A stretch of DNA of 64,000 nucleotides from Octopus sinensis. Taxonomy: Eukaryota. Position 1 is the stretch's first letter. The number at the start of each line of letters is the position of its first letter. Below are positions 25,887-37,886 of the stretch, piece by piece. The stretch covers positions 27,838,001-27,902,000 of the forward strand of contig NC_043016.1 in the NCBI RefSeq assembly GCF_006345805.1, given 5' to 3'. A program made the position numbers and the translations under genes. The notes under the pieces are model-generated. The model was not told where the DNA came from, ran no database searches, and was given only the letters and a program-made list of their open reading frames with translations.

Positions 25887-26147
25887 AAAGAATAAGGAGA
25901 AAATGGTGAGATAATAAATAAAATTATTTATCAATTATAAAATATGACAATATCTCTGACAGCTGTTTTGATTAAGAAATCTTTAGATAATTAATTCATA
26001 AAATAAAAATTATTATAAGATGAATCTCTTCATCTTATAACGATTTTAATCTAAAGATTTCTGAATCGAAACAGTTGTCAGAAATGTCATATTTTATGAT
26101 TAATAAATAATTTTATTAATTACCTCTCCATTTTCTCCTTATTCTTT
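25887..26147. repeat. Long imperfect palindrome (fold-back), Penelope-like terminus
   Basis: AAAGAATAAGGAGAAAATGG (25887-25906) vs CCATTTTCTCCTTATTCTTT (26128-26147); centre TTATAAGATGAA-tctc-TTCATCTTATAA. Confidence 0.85.
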
Positions 26148-26315
26148 ATATATTTTTAATATGGCTACTGAATAATTGTCACATATTACATTTACAGATA
26201 AATTCCGCTATTTGCATAATATCGAGGTCTCTTTCATACTCTTGTTGTCTTACCATTTTTATCAATATATATATATATATATTTTTATATATATGGTATA
26301 TATGTCTTTGTGTTG

Positions 26316-26373
<58 letters not shown>

Positions 26374-26407
26374 TATATATATATATGTATATATGTATAT
26401 ATGTATA

Positions 26408-26476
<69 letters not shown>

Positions 26477-26495
26477 ATATATCTTATCTTTTTTT

Positions 26496-26891
26496 TTGTT
26501 TCAGTCATAACCTGCAGCCATGCTGGGGCACCGCCTTGAATTTTAATCTAACAAATCAGCCACCCAGTACTTATTTTTTAAGCCTGGTACTTATTCTATT
26601 GGTTTTTTTGTTGAACTGCTAAGTTTTGAGGATGTAAACAGACTAATACCAGTTGTCAAGTGGTGAGGGGGGTGAATGCAAAGACACACACAGATAGATA
26701 TATACATACACACACACACACATACATACATTTATATGACAGGTTTCTTTCAATTTCAATCTACCAAATCCTCTCACAAGGCTTTGTTCAGCCCAAGGCT
26801 GTACTAGAAAGCTCTTGACCAAGATGCTATGCAGTAGGACTGCACCCAGAACTATGTGGCTGGGGAGCAAACTTCTTACCACACAACAACT

Positions 26892-26894
<3 letters not shown>
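26496..26894 (-). mobile_element. tRNA-derived SINE family 1 (diverged)
   Basis: Reverse-complement match; head-to-head with the 26928-27319 copy across a (TA)n spacer. Confidence 0.8.
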
Positions 26895-26927
<33 letters not shown>

Positions 26928-26929
<2 letters not shown>

Positions 26930-27316
26930 CATAGGAGTGACTGTGTGGTAAGTAGCTTGCTTACCAACAAGGTTCCGAGTTCAGTCCCACCACATGACAC
27001 TGACACTTTGGGCAAGTGTCTTCTGCTATAGTCTCAGGTCGACCAAAGCCTTGAGTGGATTTGGCAGACAGAAACTGAAAGAAGCCTGTCGTATATATGT
27101 ATTTATATGTATGTGTGTGTGTACATGTTCATGTGTCTGTGTTTGTTCACCCCACCATCACTTGACAACCGATGTTGGTGTGTTTACGTCCCCGTTACTT
27201 AGCAGTTCAGCAAAAGAAGCCAATAGAATGAGTACTAGGGGTCGATTTGCTCGACTAAGGTGGTGCTCCAGCATGGCCATGGTCAAATGACTGAAACAAG
27301 TAAAAGAGTAAAGAGA

Positions 27317-27319
<3 letters not shown>
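26928..27319 (+). mobile_element. tRNA-derived SINE family 1
   Basis: Family head and tail, internal deletion near the 3' end. Confidence 0.85.
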
Positions 27320-27352
<33 letters not shown>

Positions 27353-27461
27353 TCATCATCATCATCATCGTTTAACGTCCGTTTTCCATGCTAGTATGGG
27401 TTGGATGGCTCGACCAGGGTCTGGGAAGCCAGGAGGCTGCACCAGTCTCCAGTCTGATATA

Positions 27462-27497
<36 letters not shown>

Positions 27498-27524
27498 TGT
27501 ATGTATGTATATATATATATATAT

Positions 27525-27850
27525 ATAACGGGAAGCTTTATGAAAATAGACAAAAGACGAAGGCAGGTGGGAAACAAACAAACAATTGTATTAGTATGGC
27601 GCTCAGGAAATATAAATAAAACAAGTCTTTAACGTTTCGAGCCTACGCTCTTCAACAGAAAGATACACAGAGAGAAAAAAAAAAAACACAGAAAGAAGGA
27701 GAGAAAAAAAATGCGTGCAGTAACTAACGAATCAACATGGCAATCTGATTTCGGCCAGAGGTCAAAGATCAAACATGAGACGCGAGAGCGAAATAAGGGG
27801 AGATAATAGGGTTGATAATAGGGTTGAATGACCAGCTCCAACATGAGGGT
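27525..27850 (-). mobile_element. Penelope-like terminal remnant with minimal hammerhead-like motif (27626-27663)
   Basis: Shares sequence with ~56518-56700 (-) and ~40440-40600 (+). Confidence 0.55.
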
Positions 27851-28093
27851 GTGTGTGTGTGTGTGTATGAGAGAGTATTAGTGCGTATGAGAGGTCTGGA
27901 CGTGTGTATGTATAGGGTTGGTGTATGTATTAGTATGTATTAGTATGTATTAGTACGTATTAGTATGTATAAGTGTGTGTGTGTGTGTATGAGAGGTCTG
28001 GACGTGTGTATGTATAGGGTTGGTGTATATATATATATATAGAGAGAGAGAGATACATACTATCTGTATATACACACACATATTCATATTTAC

Positions 28094-28138
<45 letters not shown>

Positions 28139-28876
28139 GTAAAAATCCATAAAAAGAGTACATGAACTTGGTATGAGGAGTAGAAATTCCGTTTGTGACT
28201 TCAGTCCTACATGCAGGGGAAATTTGATAGGAGAGAATGTAATGAAAGACAGCAGTTTCACATGCTGAAAGTTTTTTTTTTTTTTTAAATCCGGTTGTAA
28301 CAGGTATTTTTATTTTTTTAAACTTAGAGGATGTAAAAACTGCTGCTTCTTGTTCGTTTCTTTCCTGTCAACTTTTTTGCTGAAGAACTCTGTCCAAAAT
28401 ATTGGATTTTCCACTCCTCACAGCATATTTAATGTACTCTTTTTTATTGATTTTAATGAATGTTATGCAAGTCTTGTTGATGCAGACCAACACCAGCCTC
28501 TTTGGAGTCTGTTTGGTTACATATACTTTTTATTTTTTTATCCTCTTTCTCTCATTGGACTGTGGCCATGCTGGGGCATCCCCTTGAAAGGTTTATTTGA
28601 ACAAATCAACCCCTGTGCTTATTTTTTTGTTTTAAGGCTGGGTCATATTCTATCTGTCTGCTTTTGCTGAACCACTAAGTTACAGGATCCTTAAACAAAC
28701 CAATACCAGTTATCAAGCAGTGAGCAGGATACAACACATGAACACGAACACAGACACATACATAAAAATATATAGACACACACTCACACACACACAGACA
28801 CACACACACGTACACACACGTGTGTGTATATACATACATATGTACATACATACATATAGATAAATAAATAGATAGA

Positions 28877-28995
<119 letters not shown>

Positions 28996-29459
28996 ATATG
29001 TTTCTTTATTGGCCACACAGGGCTGAACACAGAGGGGACAAAATACAAAGTGGAGCTTTTGTTTTGGGGAATAAGACAAGGAAAAAATAAAGAAAAAAAA
29101 GAAAAAACATAGGGTAGAAATTTGATCAAAAGGGATCGTTAAAAAAAGGGGAAAAAAAGGCCGATCAATAGGGATCGTGTATCACAGAAATGTCATAGTG
29201 TAAAAGGGGAAACAGATTAGGTTTATCCGTGGAAAGAAAAACCTAGGGAAAAGACCACGGTAACCTTGGGCAATAATGTCAGGCAAAAAAATGCATTACA
29301 GTGACTTTCTTTTTTCCCTTCTTTTTTTTTTGGTTCATAGGATTATGCCCAAGGTAGCTTTATTATTCGCACGTACCATCCTTGCTACTTTCACACATCT
29401 TAAAATCTATTTGCATTGTTTGGCCTTTAAAATCTTTCAACAATATATATATATATGCG

Positions 29460-29559
29460 TGGCACCTTGGGCAAGTGTCTTCTACTATAGCCTCGGCCGA
29501 CCAAAGCCTTGTGAGTGGATTTGGTAGACGGAAACTGAAAGAAGCCCATTGGATATATG

Positions 29560-29592
<33 letters not shown>

Positions 29593-29790
29593 TTGTGTGT
29601 CTGTGTTTGTCCCCCTAGCATTGCTTGACAACCGATGCTGGTGTGTTTACGTCCCCGTCACTTAGCGGTTCGGCAAAAGAGACCGATAGAATAAGTACTG
29701 GGCTTACAAAGAATAAGTCCCGGGGTCGAGTTGCTCGATTAAAGGCGGCGCTCCAGCATGGCCACAGTCAAATGGCTGAAACAAGTAAAG
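29460..29790 (+). mobile_element. SINE family 1, 5'-truncated
   Basis: Starts at TGGCACCTTGGGCAAG; rest matches the family. Confidence 0.85.
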
Positions 29791-29829
29791 AAAAAAAGAA
29801 AAAATATATATATATACATATAGTCAAGT

Positions 29830-30262
29830 AAAACTAATATCGTAGCTGTGGCCAGTTTCACCTGACTGGCTCCCATGCCAGTGGCATGTAAATAGCACCA
29901 TCTGAACATGGTTGATGTCAGGTCTGCTTGACTGGCTCCCATGCCAGTGGCACATAAAAAGCACCAACTAATTGTGGCCGATGCCAGTACCCTCTGACTG
30001 GCTCTTGTGCCGGTGGCACCTAAAAAGCACCATCCAAACGTGATGGATGCCAGGCCCACCTGAATGGTTCCAGTGCTGGTGGCATGTAAAAAGCATCCAC
30101 TACACTCTTGGAGTGGTTGGCGTTAGGAAGGGCATCCAGCTGTAGAAACATTGCCAGATAAGACTGGAGCCTGGTGCAGCCTTCTGGCTTCCCAGATCCC
30201 CGGTCGAACCGTCCAACCCATGCTAGCATGGAAAACGGTCGTTAAACAATGATGATGATGAT
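29830..30262 (+). mobile_element. RTE-type LINE 3' end with diverged tandem units
   Basis: Same 3' terminus. Other copies at ~470-670, 5790-6130, 15680-15825, 52790-52965, 54220-54535, 58000-58282 (+) and ~27350, 43870, 46095, 47700, 63295-63660 (-). Confidence 0.8.
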
Positions 30263-30909
30263 ATATAAATATATACATATATATATATATATACATTTAT
30301 TTATTTATTTATTTATTTATATATATATATATATTTGAAATTTATAGAAAAACAAAAGACGAAGACAGGTGTAAGAACAACAAGCAAGTGTATCAGTTTG
30401 ACGCTCAGGTCTTTCATATTTTCCTATTAGCATTTTATCCCATGTTCAGCGTTTCCAAATCTTCATGCCATCTATGTGTTTCTTAAATACTATTTGGATT
30501 CATGTAGACTTTCCTGCCAAAGGTTTTATTTTTTGTTAGCATCATGCATATGCAGTCATGTGTTGATTTTGTTTGTTGTAGTCAGATTTTTACTGTAAGT
30601 CTTTATAAAATATTTTTATGCCAGTAGCAACACATTAATTTTTTGTTGTGTGCATTTGAACATTAATTTTGGCATTATGTCGTGATATGATCATGGTTTG
30701 CATAATTAACCTTTTATTTCCTGTGGAATTTATCATGTATTTTCCTCAAGTACTTTGCTGCCTAATTTTGTTTCCTGGTGTGCTGTGTAATGTTGTGCAC
30801 ACACACACACACACACACATGTATAATACATATATATGCATATATACATACGTATATGTACATACGTACATCTATAATATATATATATATATATATGAAT
30901 ATGTGGGCA

Positions 30910-31180
30910 CAGGATGTCACAAGCGTGTACGACAAAAAATAAGAAGTACGAGTACATGGAATATAAACTATTTTTTCAAACAATGAAAGACACAAATGGA
31001 AAACAAGACAAACAACACAAAGAACGACCCTGTATCAGTTGTTGGCTGTTTTTCTACTCTTGTATTTTGAGTATTTAACAATAATATATGCTTTCAATAA
31101 AACAGTTGCTCCTGCAAAGCAAATTAAGCAAAATTTAGTATTTTGTGGAGGGTCAACATTGGTAACACAAACAGAAAGGC
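30910..31180. repeat. Interspersed repeat, second copy at ~32140-32400
   Basis: GTACGAGTACATGGAATAT...GGAGGGTCAACATTGGTAACACAAACA present twice ~1.2 kb apart; family not identified. Confidence 0.75.
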
Positions 31181-31676
31181 TGCTAAGCCTAAACGAGGTT
31201 GTGGTGGCAAATGCATAAATCAAGCTTGGACACGAGACAGACAAGAACATATCTTCCTTGACCTAGCTACAGTAGAAAGAAATGCAAGTTATGAGAAGGA
31301 AGATGGACGATGGTCACATGAGAGCCATGTGAGTAAGGGAGAGAGAGTGACAGACAGAGAACTGTGAAGGGGAGAGGTAAAAATTGGAGACAGGATAAGT
31401 GAGAAAGTACAGGAGGGGGAGAAAGGGAGAAAGAAGAATTAAAAAACAAAAGAGTAATAGGATAGAATAACGGGAGAAGAGGAGGTAAAAGAATAAAAGA
31501 GAGAAAGAGAGAAAAATGAAAGAGTAAAAAGATAGCTGAGTGCACATCAGAATTATTAAGATAAAACTTACTTGGAAGAGGATGCGTGGCATTAAATCAT
31601 ATAATAATATAAATAATATATATATATATGCATATATACATATGTATATGTACATACTTACATCTATACATATATA

Positions 31677-31708
<32 letters not shown>

Positions 31709-32082
31709 CACTACCGTCAGAAATTAATTAGCACCCTTGATTTGCTCTTCACTCAAGGTATGTGCTGTCACCTAGTGGCCATATCTCGAACTATTGCTTT
31801 GTTGCGAGTTCACTGTTGCGCAGAACGATGACGTAACTTTGTTTGCAGAGCAGTTTGAGAGTCTACAGCCTTATGATGTTGACATAGCAGTGCAACAACT
31901 TGGAGTGCGGATGCAGACAAATCTTCCTTTGTTTAATAGATATAGGTAGCGCCTCGCAAGGACAGAAATCACACCATACTAGTTTTCTCATCGCGTAAGA
32001 CGTTTTGAACAGCTCATAAGGTTAATTGATTTAACCTATTTAATGTAGAAATTTGAGAAGTGCTAATTAATTTCTGACGCAA

Positions 32083-32085
<3 letters not shown>
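31709..32085. mobile_element. Non-autonomous Tc1-like MITE, 377 bp
   Basis: TA-flanked TIRs CACTACCGTCAGAAATTAATTAGCAC / CACTTGCGTCAGAAATTAATTAGCAC. Confidence 0.85.
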
Positions 32086-32122
<37 letters not shown>

Positions 32123-32419
32123 TGCCTATGTAGACACAGAACATCACGATGTGTACAACAAAAAAATACGAAGTACGAGTACATGGAATATGAACTATTT
32201 TTTCAAACAACGAAAGAGACAAATGGAAAACAAGGCAAACACAAAAAATGACACTTCATCAGTTGTTGGCTGTTTTTCTACTCTTGTATTTTGAGCATTT
32301 AACAACAATATATGCTTTCGATAAAACAGTTGCTCCTGCAAAGCAAATTAAATACAACTTGGGATTTTGTGGAGGGTCAAAATTGGTAACACAAACAAGA
32401 CAGTATACACACACATATT

Positions 32420-33691
32420 CAGGGTCTTGCAGATAAATTGAGACAATTTTTACGATGCATAAAACTGGTTATGAATACTAAAACAATGGTAATAGACAAA
32501 TATAATTTTAATATAACATTTATTATAGCAAAAATATTTATTACTCAACATGGCTTCCCTTTTGGGCAATTACTGCCTCCACATGAGAACGAAATTTTTT
32601 GGCAGCTGCTGCAACCTCAACCTTTTTGATTTTGCATGTCGCATGCACAATGCAGGTCTTCAAACTGTTGAAACTCATGTGTGGTGAAGCAGTGGTCCTT
32701 GCTTGAAGTACACCCCATAATAAGTAAACAAGAAGGTTGAGATCTGGGCTATTACTGAGTCAGATGTTAGCCCTCACAAAAAAAATGGAACCTTCTCACC
32801 AAGGAAGGCCTGTGTTGCTTTTGACCCATAGCATGGTGCAGAATCCTGGATAAGCACCGCATTGTAAAACCCAAACTTCTGTTCCATACAAGGTGACAGA
32901 GAGTTCTTCAGTATATCCAGATACCCCTTTGTGCCAGATCAATGTAGATCCATAACACTTCCATCATTCACCACAGCTCCAAATACCATCACAGAGGCAG
33001 GATTCTTAGTCCCAAACACAGTGGGGGTGGGTGGACGTCAAAAGGGTTGTATGCAATCACTCAAGAATTTTTGTGATTCACCTAAGCATCCACAGTGATC
33101 TTCTTCTTATCCACAAATATGAGAGATTTTCTTGCACTTTGATGTTTGATGAATAACAGAAGCTTTGGGCATCTCCCGACTCTGATTGATTTGGCCTTGG
33201 CTGTTAGGAGGTGATGGTGTCATTGAACATAGCTAGTCATGTCAAGGTTCACAGCTCTGGACACTGTGGAAAGGGACACATTGCATTTCTTTGCATGAGT
33301 TGCCATGGATGTGGATGGGTTAGCTTCAATCGAGCATTTGAGGTGAGTGAGAAACTTTGGATTGCACTTGGAATCACTTCAAGTCTTGTGTTCTTTTCTA
33401 TCAATCTTTCCTTCTTCTTTAAATTGTTTATACACATGATAAACTGTTGCTTTTTGAAAGTTTCGTCTGCCTACCAATTTTATTGGCAGTGTGCCTGGCA
33501 CTCACCAAAACAACAATGGCAGAATGATTCTGTTGTTTCATGGCTTTCTGTCATCGAATCAGTTCACTATTTGCCTGAAATATAAAGAGAGGATTAGATT
33601 TTCAAGCAAGTAAGGTTTTGTCAAAAAATGAAATGTTACCCCCATTAAGTCAACTACTTAAAATTGGTTTCACTTTATTTGCCAGACCCTG
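32420..33691 (-). mobile_element. Decayed Tc1/mariner-superfamily transposon, probably maT (DD37D)-like
   Basis: TIRs CAGGGTCTTGCAGATAAATTGAGAC / CAGGGTCTGGCAAATAAAGTGAAAC; broken minus-strand transposase with IQDSAPC and NSPDLNLL motifs. Confidence 0.75.
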
Positions 33692-33692
33692 T

Positions 33693-33722
33693 ACATATGT
33701 GCATACATACACACACACACAT

Positions 33723-33766
<44 letters not shown>

Positions 33767-34068
33767 ACACATACATACATACATACATACATACATACAC
33801 ACACACATGCACACACACACACGCACACATACACACGCATACAACACACATACATATGTACATACATACGCATGCGTGCACACACACATGCACACACATA
33901 CACACACATACAACACACATACATACATACACACATACACACACACATGCACACACACATGCACACATACACATGCATACAACACACATACATACATACG
34001 TACGTACATACGCACACATGCACACACACATGCACACACATACATACATACATGCATACATACATACA

Positions 34069-34099
<31 letters not shown>

Positions 34100-34143
34100 G
34101 TATGCATATATGTATGTATGTATGTATGTATGTATATGTATGT
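33693..34143. repeat. Compound (AC)n/(ATAC)n microsatellite
   Basis: Directly visible; source of spurious HT/VC-rich ORFs. Confidence 0.95.
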
Positions 34144-34235
34144 ATCTTCAGTAAATCATAAATCTGAAAGAGAAGCACAATCTAAGTTATTGAGAAGTAA
34201 AGTATATAGATAAAGATAGATATGGCTGATCTATG

Positions 34236-34294
34236 GGGTTACTCTGAGTTTCACATCCATAAAGTGTTTAGCTTTAGAGTGTTTCTTCAGACCC
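34236..34294 (-). ncRNA. Type I hammerhead ribozyme motif (extra A after A9)
   Basis: Minus strand: GGGT-CTGAAGA-A-ACACTCTAAAG-ctaaaca-CTTTATGGATGT-GAAA-CTCAGAG-TA|ACCC; GUA cut between 34240 and 34239. Confidence 0.6.
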
Positions 34295-35540
34295 TAAAAC
34301 CATATATATGTGTGTGTGTGTGTATGTGTGTATATATATGTATGTGTGTATGTATATGTACATATGTATATTATATATATACATGTATTATATAATTGGG
34401 TGACTAATCATTTACAAAATTTGTGACGGTTTTAACAACAGGCAACTCATCTGAGAAGGTATATTTTGTTTAATGACTGTGTTGTGTTATTTGTGAAAAG
34501 ACCAAGCTGTCATAATTCCATTGGGGAATGATTTTTAACATTTTCTTTCAAGAATGTCATGCATGAGATCTTTTGGTTAATTGTGTATGAAAGCTTAATG
34601 AGAAGTGAAAGGTGTGTATGTGTGTGCATGCAGTTAAAAGCAGCTTTGAAAATACTGAGTATAAAAAAATAATGGATGTAAAGAACATGACCAAGTCCTG
34701 TGGGAACATCATATTTGATATGATGTACATCTGAAAAACCCTACACACATTCACTCATTCACTCACTCATACCCCCCACCACACACACACACACCAATAC
34801 AGAGTGTCATTGAGCTATTTTGATCATAGAGATGAGACATAGATGGATCCAATAGATTTACAATTTTGCCAGAAGATGCTTATCTTGGACAGCTGAAAGT
34901 TTAAGTGATATCAAGAATAGCAGAACTGATTTTGCCAAAGTTGTCAATGATAAGAGATCACACACAGATATATAGAATAGCATAGCATTGCTGATCTGAA
35001 GGAGACAAAATGTACAAGAAGTTGCTGTGGAATTGCTGCCAATATTTTTGAGATATTGAAGACAAGGTGTCAGTAGTGTTAGGATCACCTTTTGTGAAAT
35101 GGAACAATATCACATGTTATGATAATTTAAGATATCTTATGCTAGGCTATCCTAGAATAAGTGATGATGGTCAACTGAAGAACTCACTGCTTGAGACTGG
35201 CATAGGGGATACTATAAAAACCACTAATGATGAAAGGAAGTGTTTAGATCCAGGTGGTGATGGGTGTGTGACTGCACTGAGTGCCAAGCTCTAATGTTTT
35301 GTGGTGTTTGTAAAATTGGAGTCTGAGCAGATAGCAAACACAATGAACAATAGCACTCTTTATTGTTTTAAAACAGTTTAAATGCCTTTGTCTATTCCAT
35401 ATGAATAGGAGAATTAAAATCACTAAGGGAAGAATTGGAAATGGTAAAACTAACAGTTTTAGTATGAGTTGATAGAAATTGCTGATGTTAAATAGAGCTA
35501 TTAGTGTCTACCATCATTCTTTGAACTCTTGTATATATAT

Positions 35541-35885
35541 AGAGAAGGAGACCCCCTTCGGTCATGAATGACTATGGGATTGCACCCACAAAGTTACCCT
35601 CTGAGGCACAAGTCAGGGCAAGATTGTTTGTGGAAGGCTAGCAGTCGCCCACGCATACCAGCCTCCCTTCTCCACACCACTGATGTTATCCAAGGGAAAG
35701 GCAAAGGCCAATACAGCTTGGCACCTGTGACGCCGCAACTCTTTTCTACAGATGAACGAACTGGAGTAATGTGAAATAAAGCGTCTTGCTCTAGAACACA
35801 ACATGCAGCCCAGTCCAGGAATCGAGTTCACAACCTCATGATCGTAAGCTCTACATTCTAACCACTAAGCCATGCGCCTTCATCG
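35541..35885 (-). mobile_element. tRNA-derived SINE family 3
   Basis: Reverse complement of 53861-54189. Confidence 0.8.
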
Positions 35886-35897
35886 TATGTATGTATG

Positions 35898-35928
<31 letters not shown>

Positions 35929-36380
35929 TATAATATATATATATACAAAGAAGTAAATATATGGCACAACGAAGTAGCGATATTTACTGGAAATAGCGAA
36001 CGTAATAATACGGCGCTAATGTATAGCTTCACCGTACTTTTCAGGTATTTCATCTTCAGATGTTCTCCCTGGAGGTAAGACAATTTTTTCTAGTTTGTTG
36101 CACACACGCATTTTTGCTAGTACATACATGGTGAAGCTATACATTAGCGTCGTATTATTACGTTCGCTATTTCCAGTAAATATCGGTACTTCGTTTTGCC
36201 ATATATTTACTTCTTTGTATATTTTTCCCTCACGGGCTATCTTTACTGGAAAGCAATACACTAGTATTGCATTACTAATTTATTGAAACTTCTTCAACCG
36301 TTCTCGTGCTGTTAGCGTTTCAGCGTTTCAGTCGAGTGTAATGGCATTAATGTGGTAACATCTGAAATGTTGTCGTGGTA

Positions 36381-36461
36381 TATGTTTGGCTGATGAAGAT
36401 AGATCAAGTTTACGGGTGCAGACATATCTTGAAAAATCTGAAACCTGCGCAGGTCCCACAT
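36381..36461 (+). ncRNA. Type I hammerhead ribozyme, copy 1
   Basis: TATGTTTGG-CTGATGA-AGAT-(35 nt incl. TCAAG/CTTGA stem)-ATCT-GAAA-CCTGCGCAGG-TC|CCACAT; all core nucleotides canonical; GUC cut after 36455. Confidence 0.85.
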
Positions 36462-36811
36462 TATCCTTTTCCAGGTATTTCATCTTTCAGATGTTCTCCC
36501 TGGAGGTAAGACAATTTTTTCTAGTTTGTTGCACACACGCATTTTTGCTAGTACATACATGGTGAAGCTATACATTAGCGTCGTATTATTACGTTCGCTA
36601 TTTCCAGTAAATATCGGTACTTCGTTTTGCCATATATTTACTTCTTTGTATATTTTTCCCTCACGGGCTATTCTTTACTGGAAAGCAATACACTAGTATT
36701 GCATTACTAATTTATTGAAACTTCTTCACCGTTCTCGTGCTGTTAGCGTTTCAGCGTTTCAGTCGAGTGTAATGGCATTAATGTGGTAACATCTGAAATG
36801 TTGTCGTGGTA

Positions 36812-36892
36812 TATGTTTGGCTGATGAAGATAGATCAAGTTTACGGGTGCAGACATATCTTGAAAAATCTGAAACCTGCGCAGGTCCCACAT
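36812..36892 (+). ncRNA. Type I hammerhead ribozyme, copy 2
   Basis: Identical to copy 1; CTGATGA at 36821, GUC cut after 36886. Confidence 0.85.
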
Positions 36893-37850
36893 TATCCTTT
36901 TCCAGGTATTTCATCTTTCAGATGTTCTCCCTGGAGGTAAGACAATTTTTTCTAGTTTGTTGCACACACGCATTTTTGCTAGTACATACGCGGTGAAGCT
37001 ATACATTAGCGTCGTATTATTACGTTCGCTATTTCCAGTAAATATCAGTACTTCGTTGTTCCATATATTTACTTCTTTGTATATTTTTCCCTCATGGGCT
37101 ATTCTTTACTGGAAAGCAATACTCTAGTATTGCATTACTAATATATATATATATATTATGTAGGTAGTTAGGGTAAATCCCTGCTCTTTCCCCTTGAAGC
37201 ACATCTGCTTATTCCATTATTACAATTCAATATGTAACTCCAGTTGCAAACATACATTAGTTCAAAATACATATTAAAATTGAGAATTTTGAAGATGGTA
37301 TTTGCCAAGTTATTGTATAACAAAACAAGAAATTGGAAATGTTTTTGGTATTATTTATTCACCATTACACACATTTCGTTTGCTAATAGGAATTACACAG
37401 TTTCACATGTGAGATAGAGATGTGAGTGTGGGTGTCTGGGTAGGCACACGCATGTGTACCTATGTCCCAGTGTGTGTGCATGTCTCTGTGTATCTATGAG
37501 TTGGGTTTTTCATGTATGTGTCTTTCTTCATTTGTGTGCGCCTCAGAGTGCATATGTACGTATATGTACATAATATTTCCACTAATGCCTCTAATTACAT
37601 TTTGAACATACACTTTTTTTTATACATATCTGTATTGACATTTTTCATGGTTGATGCCATTCCCTATATAGGTACAAATATAATTCTTTCCCAAATAAAT
37701 TGCACTTCATATTTGAGGGTCCGATGAAGTTATAGGGTACTCAAATTCAGGTACTCAAATATGAATCCACCTAGCTGTAAGCTAATGAAGTTCATAAGAT
37801 AATCATTCATTTCTTTGTCATCTCTCTTTCTTGTGTGTGTGTGTGTGTGT

Positions 37851-37886
<36 letters not shown>

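Larger units (their letters stand above)
35941..37141 (+). mobile_element. Retrozyme-like / Penelope pLTR tandem array: ~2.6 copies of a 430-431-bp unit plus 5' inverted segment
   Basis: Near-identical units (markers at 36043, 36473, 36904); two complete hammerheads; 35941-36033 is the reverse complement of unit sequence; (TA)n on both flanks. Confidence 0.8.

Noticed and set aside
34557-35294. Possible exon(s) or ORFs in non-repetitive-looking sequence
   Set aside because: No consistent splice pair or recognisable protein; may be a very old LINE endonuclease remnant but motifs are too weak.
36390-36435. Alternative hammerhead parse using the first GAAA (36431) with AAGATA/TATCTT
   Set aside because: Consumes A9 and gives no helix III; the 36440 GAAA gives a fully canonical fold.
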